64,000 bases of DNA from Camelus ferus (lineage: Eukaryota): NCBI RefSeq assembly GCF_009834535.1, contig NC_045696.1, forward strand, positions 59,708,001 to 59,772,000, in the 5' to 3' direction. The stretch's first letter is position 1. The number at the start of each line of letters is the position of its first letter. The position numbers and the translations under genes are program-made. The notes beneath the pieces are model-generated. The model ran no database searches, had not been told where the DNA came from, and worked only from the letters and a program-made list of their open reading frames with translations. Shown here piece after piece: positions 53,190 through 64,000 of this stretch.

Positions 53190-55149
53190 CTCTGATTTCT
53201 GAAGTAAGGGCTGGATCTTCATCAGACATCTAATTCAAGCCCATTTCTGCAAGATGATGTCATCAGCCTCTTGCAAAGGATTATGATGGAAAGATGATCC
53301 AGTGTCACCTGAACACAAAGGCCCAGAGGAAGGTTTAAGTAAAAAGGGAATTGGTTACTCAATTCAAGCAGTTTTGAAGCATCTTTGAATTCCTACCTGA
53401 ATACCCCCAAAGTATTCAAAGAGGTGGACTGGGTGGGTAGACCCAGTGTTGACTCTTGTATCACAGCACCCATGCAGTAGATCACAAGCAAACCAAGTTC
53501 ACTTTTAGAAGGGCTGAAGGTCCTGGCCATTTTCTGCTCTGGGCTTACAAGAACTGCAAACAGGGTGTTGTCTTTAGGGATGTGGAAGAGAGAACTAGAC
53601 AATAGTACTGGTTGCCATGGGTCAGAGCTAGAACCCAGGATAAATGTGATCCTCCAATAAGTCCAGCTGGCAAGATGAGACTGAACAATAGTCAGGATGA
53701 TCAGTGAATTCAGGAATCTGGGGTGTGGGCTGCATGAGCAATTTGAACTTCTGTTTCTCTGTTTCGTATGTGGAGCACCAGGGGCACATTTCCTGCTCGA
53801 CAGTGAGATTCTTAGAGAATTCTTGCCAAGAGAGGCCATGGGTTGCAGTGGTAGACCTAGAAGTTAGATTTTGACTTTAGGTTCTGCTGTTCCTATGGGA
53901 GGAACTTTCTTAGAGTTTCTCTTTAGAGTTGAACCATCAAAGCCTCATCATAATTCATTCATTCAGTTTCTTATAAGGCTTTTTGGTGTGGATAAATGAG
54001 CTAATGTATAGGAGGCAATTAGGAAACTGCTTGGCACAAATAAATGCATAATGAATGCTATGTATTGTTACTTGTGAAGTTGTACTACTGTATTTACTGA
54101 GCACCTACTGTGTCCCAACCATGTGGCAGGTGCTGCAATGCAGATAAATAAGGCACAAAACCTAACCATGGGTCAGACTGAGAAAGGAAGCCCCAAACCT
54201 TGGTAACTTCCAAACATCTTGTCCTGTGGCTGTCTTTCTTCCAGGTGGGAATTGAGTGATCAAACTTCTGTTTTTTATTCCTCTCACAAACTTCCCTTTT
54301 CTTCTGATGAATAGGCTCTCTCTACTTTATAAGTGCTGTATATTTCCAGCAATACTTTCTCCTAAATCTGGACACAAAGGAATGGGAGAGATGCTTTGTG
54401 AGTGATAAACACAGTGGTTCATGGAAAGGTCCAGCTGAATGTGGTCCAGGTGGGCTTCTTGGGGGACAGGTGGGGATATGAGCTTGGCCTTGAAATATGG
54501 AAAAGACTTGAAAAGGAAACAGGGATTTAAGTAAAGGGATGATAGACCGCATGGGCATAGTAGTGGAGGTGAGGGGTGAATGGAAATCTTCCACTACGAG
54601 TAAGGTGTCTGTAGTTTCACTCACTCAACTGGAACGTCTCTCTAAAACAGCTCCTTCCATGGACATGTCTTTGAAAATTCTCTTAGAAACCATATAATAC
54701 AGGAATTCATTTTCCTTTATTTATATGTTTTTTTAAATGAGGAAACTGAAGATCGGAAAAGTGAAATGACTTGCCCAAGTTCAAACAACTAGTAGGGGAC
54801 ACAACAGCTTTGAATTTCAGTTTGGTGGTTTCCAATGTGGAGTGCTTTTGCACATCACTCCATCCTGGAGCTGATAAAAGGGGGAGGCACTATTACCATT
54901 ATTAGCATCAAATATTAAAAAGAAGGAAAGAAAAGGGTAGGTGAAGGTGTTTTCAGCACAGAGGGACTGTCTATGTTCGGAGGCTGAGGAGAAGGAGAGG
55001 GTGAACCTGTTAGGGAAAAAGCGTCATGAACCTTCTAAATCTGTTCCTCTCCCACCTCTTTGGCCTCAGTGGGGTTGTGTGTTTAAGCCAGAGCTGACTG
55101 TGGTAGCCTTTGAGGAGAGGAGGCTGCACTAAAGGAGAAGCACCTGTTT

Positions 55150-55990
55150 CGTGCCGGGGTTGGGGGGCTGTGTGCGACCGTCCTCCCTTCGCTCCCCCTG
55201 CGCGCAGAGCCACAGCCGCGTTGCATAAGGCTCTGGGCCACGCTGCCGGCGGGCCTCGGGCGAACAGCTGGACTTTGGAACTCCGCCCCAGTCCCGCCCT
55301 CCCCGCCGGGCCCTTCCCCGCCTCCTCCCCAAGGTGGCTCCGGCTCCCAGAAAGTCTGAGCGGCGGCCGCCGTGCTGGAGAGGACGGCGGGGAGGGAGGG
55401 ACGAGGTGGCAGCTGGCTTCGGGGCCGCGGCGCCGAGGTGGCCTGCCCGCCGCGCTCCCACCGCTGCTGGCGGCCCGGGCCATGCGGGAGCGCTGGGGCC
55501 GCGCGGCAGCATGAAGGGCGGCGACCGCGCCTACACCAGGGGTCCCTCTTTGGGGTGGCTCTTTGCGAAGTGCTGCTGCTGTTTCCCGTGCGGAGGTGAG
55601 TGGCTGTCGGCGTAGGCGCCTTCTTTTCAGCCGAAGCCTGGGACGGCCAAGTACGAGGGAGGGATGCGGGGAGAGCGTGGGGTGGGGGAAACGGGGGTGG
55701 GGCGAGGAGCGCGGCGAGAGCGAGGAGTTTGCCGGCAAGTCGGCTCATCTCAGTTTTCTCCGCGCGACGCGGGTTCGCTCGCTCTCGGGGAGCTTCTGAC
55801 TTGGATGCAGAGCGGCAGTTTGGGAACTCGGTTACTTATCAGCGACTTTGGTTGTCTGGGCTCCAGCCTGCAGGGGGGTGGGGCGCGGATGCGGGGGATG
55901 GGGAGAGGGCATTCAGCTGTGCGCGTCCCTGTAGTGACAGAGTCACACTTTCCTGCCCTCATTTACATATGAACCTCAGCCGCGGGGGTA
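55150..55990 (+). promoter_or_regulatory. KALRN: CpG island / internal promoter for the Duet isoform
   Basis: Abrupt GC- and CpG-rich stretch against CpG-poor flanks. GC boxes (CTCCGCCCC ~55281, CCCGCCC ~55293) and a C/EBP/PAR-bZIP-like TTGCATAA at 55221-55228. Contains the first exon. Bounds approximate. Confidence 0.85.
55511..55595 (+). CDS. KALRN: Coding part of the alternative first exon of the short Duet/Trad kalirin isoform
   Basis: ATG in AGCATGA context gives MKGGDRAYTRGPSLGWLFAKCCCCFPCG(D), matching the recalled Duet N-terminus (..CFPCRDAYSH). Strong donor GAG|GTGAGT at 55596, phase 1 like the SH3 exon. Lies in a CpG island. Confidence 0.9.
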
Positions 55991-58900
55991 ACAGATGACT
56001 CCTAGCTACAGGAATGTGTTTGACACTTGTGTCTACACCAGGAACTGTTTTTGCCAAGTGACAGTTTTCTTTTGGGACTGGAGCAGGCTTTTCTCCGCCT
56101 GGGCTTTGGCAGGCCAGCGTGGGTTTTCAGCTCTGGGCCGGAGCTTGGCTCATTAATTAACCAAGAACTCTCTATGTACCCAAATAGGACTGTATTTAAT
56201 TATTCTGCTAATTTTAATGTCGTTGAGGAGACTTGCAGGAAGTAACTAATTTCCCCTAAATCAGCCTGCAAAAGAAGGTGCTGAGAAGGTGGTGAGAAGG
56301 CAGAAAGAAGGTTATCAATGTGTATGTAGCCTCTCCTGAAAAGGAAACTGGAACCTTCCTAGACAGAGTTAGCAGATGTTTCTAACGCAGTTCATGTCAC
56401 TTTAACACCTCAGCTTGGAGGAAGATTGTTTCTGTGTTGTTAGAAGTGAAAATACAGGCTCTCACTTGACATTTGCCCTTTTAAAATTTAACCTATTAAG
56501 TCTCTCGCCTCCAACCCCATTTATAATGCCCCAGTCTCGGTACCCATCCTTGCCTAATAAAGTCCTGATGGCATTTTCTCTTGGACTTCCTGGTGAATGA
56601 ACTTCATTCAAGTGATCGCCATCCTCTGTGCGCCCCCCTACACACACACACACACATAGCCCTGACAAATTCTCCATCCTGAGCAGATGTAAGGCTGCAA
56701 AAACTAAATCTAAAGAACCTTTCCTCAAGTCATTAAGGTTCATAATCCCAGCATTAGATTCCTTCAACCTCTGCATTTAACTAGAACAGCCTGGAGCTGT
56801 AGTAATTCTGGTTTTAATTCTAAAAGCCAGAACTCAGGGGAGAAAGAATTTTAGGAGGCCAGGGACCCTCACAAAAACCCAGACCTAGTTCAGAAACATT
56901 CAAAGCCAAGGCTGGGAACTAAAGGAAAGGGGTATTAAAAGGGAGAGGAAGCAGGAAATGGCCAAAGGGACTCTGAGTGGGTGGGTTTGCCCCGAAGGCT
57001 GGCTGCTTTCATGGTGAAGGGTTTCCAAGTAGGATTTCTTGGGAGTCGTTTCCTGTCCAAAGGCAGAATGCAAGGACTTGGGCGGTGCTTATCTAAGGGC
57101 CAAGCAGCTGCCTCCTTGAGTCCAGATGTGTGGCAGCTCCAGCTTCCTTACAGAATTTAATTCTCCAGGGGTCTCTCAGCCTTTGCTTTGTTTGTGACTT
57201 GCCCTGGCCATCCCTTCCCTCTATGCTGCCGAGCGCCTGCTGGGCCGCCTCCTGCCTGCAAGACTAGAAAAGCTGTGGCTGTAGGCTCTGTGGCTTGGAG
57301 AGGGGGTGTTCTGGAGCCAAAGTTGGAGAAGACCACCGACCCTCAGCTGAAAATTGAGGGAGGTAATCAGCCCAGGCAATTGAAAGCAGCTTAAAAGAGA
57401 AAAGGAGAGTAACAAAGGTGGGTGCCACTCCCCTTCTCCCGCTTTACTCCTTACTCTTTCCTAGATTTAAAACATGCAAAGATGGAAAACTTGGGCTCAA
57501 AGCTGAGGAAGATGGTATGGGAGATGAATTAGCTACCCTGGGCAGGGTGATAGTCTCTGAGGTGTTGGGCACTGCTGAGGCTCCTTGAGCCTGCTCTAAC
57601 AGAGGAAGTTAGGGAGTTCTGAGGGAGTTCTGAGTCCCCACCCAGCCTGAAGACATCTATTTGGAAGCAGACTGAGAAGATAAGGTCTTGTACTGAGCTT
57701 GAGTGCACTGTCCAGAGCCCCAAAACTCCATAGGAGGAAGCTTGCCCAGTTGCAACACAGAGAACTTAGGGAGGAGGCTGAGAGGCTGATGGGAGTGGAG
57801 GGCATCTGTACCAGGGACGGTCGGCCTCCCTTTTCAGTTAAACCAGTTTCTCTGGTTGTACAGACGACTCTGAAGCTCATGGGTCAGAACCCACTACTAT
57901 GGTTCCCAAGTCAAGGGGCCTTGACTCACAACTGGCTTCCAATCACTCAGCATTTAAAGGACACCTCCCTTAAAAGTCTGAGGAAAAGGAACGAAGAGGC
58001 AGTGGAATGTTCTGGTTATTTTACCCTCAAAGCTAAGTAATCCTGGACTTGCTCTGGTGAATCCCAAGCAGTTGTAATTGTTAACACTAGAGGGAGAGTC
58101 AAGGATTTAGGGATGTACCTGTATGGCCTTTAAAGATCACATTTGAGAAAAATGTGGACAAAGTTAGTAGAGAGCTTGTCTTTTGATTTGGAAAGGTAAG
58201 GAAGGAAACATCTAATGTGTTCTTCTGATCTAGTTTTTGATTCTGTTGTGTATGGGTGTGGCAAAGGGGTTTTAATAAAAATGATCTTCCTTCCCTACCT
58301 TGAAATTAGTCTTGAAAGGCAGGAAAAACTGAAAAACAGGGGTAGAATGGAAATAGAGATAGGTGAGAAGGAAGGAAGACAGCAAATACATTTATAACTG
58401 GCTTTTTGGAAGTAAAAAATAGCCAAATGTGAGATCACGGCATGTGTGTGTCTGAAGAGTGATGAATTATTGATGTCACGCTCTGGGGGACGTTTCAGGA
58501 TGGCTCTGGCTACTTAGACTTCCTCTCCACCTGAAGAAGTGGGTCCATTCTGGATTCTTCTTTAGTGGTCTTAAAATTTTTCAAGGCACCTTGTTTCCGA
58601 GTGATGAAAAGGATTTCAAGTCACCTGGAGGTTGCTAAGTTCTGTTTTGCAGGCTGGAGTTGGTGACTTCTTAGATCCCGGAGCCTGGACTGTTTTCTGA
58701 CGTTGGTAGGTGGAAGCCAGTTTTAGAGCCTTTCATTTTCAACTTGTAATTAAGTTTGGGTATGTGGACAAAAGTCACTTCTTGGAATCCTTCCCTGACC
58801 ACTGCTCTCCTCTGCTTCTCCACAGTGCGCATGGGATTTATTTATACTTGTTTGCTATTGTACCATTGTCCTTGCATCTCGAGTCCACGTGCCATGGTAT

Positions 58901-61900
58901 CTCCCCATTTAGACTGTGAGGCAGTACCTGGTTCAGGAGGCTGCGTATCTCAGAGGTAAAGGAAGGGTTGGTGCCTTGCCCAGGCTGAGTCCGCCAGCAG
59001 GAGAGGTGCTGGGATCACATACCCGTGGCTCTTCCCACTGCAGGGGAAGTTGGGTTCCAGCGTGAGTCAGACATCACAGGGTGTGGGTAAGGGTTGTGGG
59101 GATTCACAGGGCATCCTAAGTCCTTCTCATCTATAATTTCTTTTTTTTCCCCTACCTTTTCTCAGAGTCACTAAGCAGGAACCTTATGACTTAAAGTGAA
59201 TGGCCTATGAATTAATACAGCTCATTTTATAAACTGAATTTAATGTGTGAAACCATGACACCAAGTTCCTTTAGAAAGGTATTGGTAACCTCAAGGAGGA
59301 ACCCTTGTGACATTCACTTTTGTTGACCTTAGTTCACCACCCAAGGGACAAAAGCCTTGGGACCTTGATGCATACATACCCTTTTATTTCTTTATCTTCC
59401 AGGAAGTACCTTTACCACTATGAAAATTGAATTGACCATTTTGCATGCATGCTTTTCCAATGTATCTCTTAGTCTTCTCTGCCTCCCAGGGATGTGCCCT
59501 TATCTGGGGAAAATTTCCACACGTGCATACTGTTCCCAACCTAGATCCCATGCTTTTCTCCCCATACCTGATTCCCCATAGTAACAGGGATTTCAGTTAT
59601 GACCTGGACAACGGTACTGCCTGCCAGTCATAATGCAGCCTAGTGGAAACAGGAGTATATGGATTCGGTTGGGGTGGGGGAGATTGGAAACTGAAGCCAA
59701 ATATCCCTCCTCTGGTACAGCTGTGGGTCCGACAATCGTTGATCACACTGTAGGCATGTCACCCCAGTGGTTCCGTGTGTTACAGGTTGATAAGTCCTAA
59801 CCTGAGATAAAAAGATAAGAATTCCAACTCCATATCTGTGTTTTTATGCAAAATGAAAGTGTGTGTTGGGGGTGAACATGGGGAATTCGGTTCCGAGCCC
59901 AGACAGCGTCGCAGGCTGCCCTCCCGGGGGCATAGTGTTTGTGGTGTTCCACTTCACGTGCTCCCCGTGAATCTTGATGCTGCGCTCTTCTGCCTCACAA
60001 ATGCTCCCCAGGCTGCGGAAGGGCCACTCCTTTTCAGTGACTGTGAGTGGCTGCACGGCCTGCCCTCTCCTTCAGACCAAACCCCAGGCTTTTCCAGGCC
60101 CTAGAGAGAGCATGGGCTTGAGAATGGAGGGCGCTTCTCAAGCAGAAGGGGCTATATCCTGGGAAGTTAGAGCTGGGTGCAACCTTGAAGATGACTTAAT
60201 AGATCTTATTTTCTACAGGAGGATACAGATTTGGCCACTTAGTAGCAGGGTCAGAAGTAGAGCCCTTTTGCTAGTGTTCTTTCTTCAGCTCCATGATTGT
60301 CTTCCTGGGTCTGGGGTTTCTCTTACTTTGGACAAAGGCAAGGCTGACCCAACTGAGAAGGGTAGAGGCTGACCCAAGCCAGAACTTGGGCATTGACTGT
60401 GGAATGACTGACCTGTGGTTCTGGGGGTGACTGCATTGCCTGGAGCCATCTGGACCTGGAGCTGCCTGGTGTGATCTGAGCACCTGTTCTGTCCCAGGAC
60501 CACAGAAGGCAGAGACCGCAGCCACATCCCTGTCTTTCCCAGGGTAGCTTCTACACGTTGTTCTTAGTAAATATCTGCTCATGGTCGCCCCTCTGGTTAA
60601 ATTTAATTCCAAAGGTCCCTTTTCCCCCTTTCTCTCTTGTCTCTTTTCATGAAGTGTACCCTTTCAGGTAGAAATGAATCAATGTAATACATTCCTGCCA
60701 TTCCATTTTTGAACGTCACTGGTTTTTATGTAACACACAGTGTTTTAATTCATTTGACAAATGTTTATGTGCTGACTGCCCGCCAGCCCTGCGCTGGATA
60801 CAGGGGAGAATGGATGGGGGTCATAATGGCACTGACCTCATTGGGCTCTTGTGAAGATTAGTTAAAATAACATATATAAAGGGCTTAGCATAGCCCCAGG
60901 CGTATAAAGTGCTTTAAAAGGGTTAGCTCCTAATGTTACTGTAATACTAGACACTGAACCATCTTCAGGGGACTCCCAGCTAAATATCTGTGGGCCTTCT
61001 AGGTTGTCATATTGTAAATCACTTTCCTAAGCAATGTAATGGTCTTGGTTCAAACCATTGTCAGCTGTGCCTCAATTGTGTAGAGTTGTCAGTGTGGGGA
61101 AAGAAAGCTTGTGATCGAGAAGTATGATAGGGATTTCCTTCCGTTTTTATTAAGCCAATTAAACATAAAAAAGCCTGTAACACTTCTAGTATTAGAATCA
61201 CTATGGTTATGTAGAAGATCATTTGAAAGAAGGTGCTGGCAAGATACCCTAAGTGTCTTCGAGTTAGTCTTCTTGGAGGGGAAACACAAGGTACGACGAC
61301 TGGAACATGGCTGCGTTAATATTGAAGTTCAGCTCCTGAGAACCTCATGTAAAAGAGGGTATGTAAAAAGATATCACTTCTTGGCCTGCCTCTTGACTTT
61401 GTCTAAGAGTCTAATGAGAGACATTTTTTCTGATCACATCAGCCCACTTTTATTGCACATTCATGTGCAAAGCTTTGCAGGCCTTCTTCAGGCTGTTTTT
61501 GCCTAGATAAAAATCATGACCTGCTGTCCGCAGCAGCCCCCAAGGTTCCAGACATTTCTCTGAGGTTTGGCCAGTATCTTGTTTATTCCTTGTAGATGGG
61601 AGATGTGGGTAGCTTGGCTCCCCCGCTTGGGCTATTCAGTGACTAATGGAGTTCCTCCTTTGAGGTTGACAGAACCTTCTGTGTTACAGTTCCTGGAAGG
61701 AGGGGAGCCCTGGTTACACCTGCAAGGCAGCCAAGAGGTAAAAGATCAGAGTGACAGAACAGGTCGTTTCACATTCTTGCTTTTCTGGAGCCCACAGTGA
61801 GGAAACTGGCAAATTAAAAGGAAGGGAAACCCCTTCTGCTGCTAGGTTGAAACAGTACCTCATAAAACATCTCTGTTCCCATATATCTGCTCTCCTTGGG

Positions 61901-63419
61901 GCAGGATTAGTTGTAGGCATGTGTTTGTTTTCTTCCAGTGCCTGGAAGTGTAACAGATTCTGAGGACATTGCCAATTTCTGCCCTCCAGCCAGTAGCATC
62001 TCCATTGTTGCCCCCAGGGAGGAAGGGATATGACCTTTCCCCATCCAAAGGGGAACCAAGCCTCACTGTTAAGAAGAACTGCGAACATCTCACTTCTGCA
62101 CAGATTTTGGATCTCATTCTCTCACCCGTGTGGTGCCTCCTTCTCTTCCTCTCTACGTAGAGCTGAATTTTTCCAAGTGTGGTTTCTCCAGAGAATGTGT
62201 TCGAAATGCAGGTTCTTGGCCCCATTGACTCAGAAACTTTAGGGTGGGACCCAGCAGTCTGTGTTTTAACAAGCCCCCCCCCATATATTTGGCTTCTTTC
62301 CTCTCCACCGTCCCCACACCTTCCTCCTCCCTTCCCCTAGCTCCAGCAAAAGTGGCTGTAACCTAAAGCTGCCTGCTTCTCAGGGATTCTGCTTTGAGAA
62401 GTGGTGGAGGACCGTCCTGTTCATTTTCACTTGCCAGGCAGGGGCAGAAATTAGGAATCACCTACATCCTTCCTGAGCCCTGCAGCCCCCCGAGGTGAGG
62501 AAGGGTGGTTGTGGCATCTTCCTTCCCAGTTAAGACTCCTTCACTTTTATGTTTGTTTTCCTCAGACTCTTAAAGCTAACTATGCTCACTTCAGGAAAAA
62601 TCAAAAGTTCTGCAAACAAAAAGACCATAAAAACATAAATTTAGTAGCATCCTAACCACCTAGGAACAACTACTTAACAACTTGATATATTCTTTTTTAT
62701 ATGTTTACCCCTGCATTTCCAGGATATTTTTAATGGCTGCAGAGTGTTTCTTTGTAGATAAGACTTGAACTTGACCGTTGTTGGTATTGATTTAATGTAA
62801 TGGCTACAAGTTTGGTGGGAAGGGATGAGGAAGAGCCCTGGGTTAAGATACAGATCTTTCCAGAATCAGACTGTACAGACAGATTCTTGTCCTGGAGTTC
62901 ACGTGTCTCTGCTCTCTACATCTCAGCTTTCTGGGAGGTATGATTTAGGTAGGGGAGGGGTACAGCTGACCCCTCTCCCTTGTGAGACCAGTGTGCACGG
63001 TGCTGCAGCTGCTGGCTCCACCCCCTCAGCCTTTTCTTGCTTGTGTGGTACTAGGAGTTTCCTCACTCCTAAGGCTTCTAATTGTGCCCTTGTCTCACAA
63101 GCAGATCCAGGATTCTTCTTTTTCTGTTTTTGAGACATGCCTCTGAAGATAGGTCATTTTAAAATTACTGTTATTGGGTAAGACAGCCTTGATTATTTTT
63201 TTTCTGCCTAGCTAAATCATACATAAACATTGGGAAAACATTGGGAAATGCAGATAAATGAACATAAAATCCCATTACCTAGAGAGAGCCGTATTAATAT
63301 TTTGAATATATCCTTTTAATTTTTCCCATGTGTATTTTTTTTCTCGAAATATGATACAGTAGTGTTATAAACTTTTTTCACATACTAAACAACTTCCATG
63401 ACGTTTTCATGGATCCATT

Positions 63420-63608
63420 CAGTGATATGTTGGGGCCAGCCCGGCTTATGTTGGGATTGTTAAATATTAAGGATTCTGAGAGCAGACGATGTGGTAGCTT
63501 GAGATCAGCCAATCAGAGGTAGGAGTATTGATACCGGGGGAGTCACCCGACACCACCAATCAAGGTTTCATGCTTTCTGCGAAGAGCTGGTTTATCAGCA
63601 TACCACTA
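63420..63608 (+). mobile_element. MER63-like hAT MITE
   Basis: CAGTGATATGTTGG...GATTGTTAAATATT...GGTAGCTTGAGATCAGCCA...GAGCTGGTTTATCAGCATACCACTA. Confidence 0.7.
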
Positions 63609-64000
63609 GGTTCTCATTTCATCATGTGTAAATATGGCTTGTTTTCATTCTCACCCTCCCTATTTTGGGTTGTTTCTAATTTTGCTAGCAATATTATAAT
63701 AACCATTCTTACAGTTAAGTCTTGGCACACACCCTTAACTTTTTCCTTAGGATAAATTCCTTGAAGTTTCTGAATTAAAAGACATCCCAAATCTCAAGAC
63801 TTCGTTGTTACCAGTTACCCTCAGTTTTACACCTTTGAGAGGAAGAGTGAACTGTTCTTTATTTAAAGGAGATTTATGAGAAACCTCCTCTGGGACCAGG
63901 AATTTCATGTCTCTCCTATTGTTTACTTCTGTTTACATTTTCTGAATTAACTTAATTCTTTTTATGTAAGGAAATACCCTGGCTGAAAGCAATTAGAGTC

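Noticed and set aside
54951..54972. RE1-like TTCAGCAC near the Duet promoter
   Set aside because: Left half-site only; right half mis-spaced and degenerate.
55010..55748. Long minus-strand ORFs (242 and 221 aa)
   Set aside because: Low-complexity Arg/Pro/Ala products expected from stop-poor CpG-island DNA; no recognisable domain.
60620..60673. Second recursive-site-like motif TTTCAG|GTAGAA
   Set aside because: Weak donor and a competing AG 13 nt upstream. Similar weak AG|GT cases near 32649, 44921 and 54244 were also dismissed.

Overview
Mammalian genomic DNA, most likely a camelid (camel, alpaca or llama) judging by three tRNA-derived Vic-1-type SINEs. The window lies inside KALRN (kalirin RhoGEF kinase), transcribed on the + strand, and is almost all intron. 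Two coding exons are supported. One is the first-SH3-domain exon of the long isoforms (39943-40189). The other is the CpG-island alternative first exon of the short Duet/Trad isoform (ATG 55511, donor after 55595). Both end in phase 1, consistent with splicing to a shared downstream exon outside the window. The rest is interspersed repeats (L1, L2/MIR, MaLR LTRs, MER5, MADE2, MER63, SINEs), a U6 retrocopy and microsatellites. Nearly all ORFs in the supplied track look like chance ORFs. The most interesting unexplained signals concern RNA processing and regulation: a candidate recursive splice site (YnCAG|GTAAGT at 18699/18700), a 234-nt AG-exclusion zone before the SH3 exon, a uORF whose stop overlaps the Duet AUG, a p63RhoGEF-like cysteine string at the Duet N-terminus, and divergent CTCF motifs around the SH3 exon. 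Gene and repeat names come from recalled sequences, not database searches.
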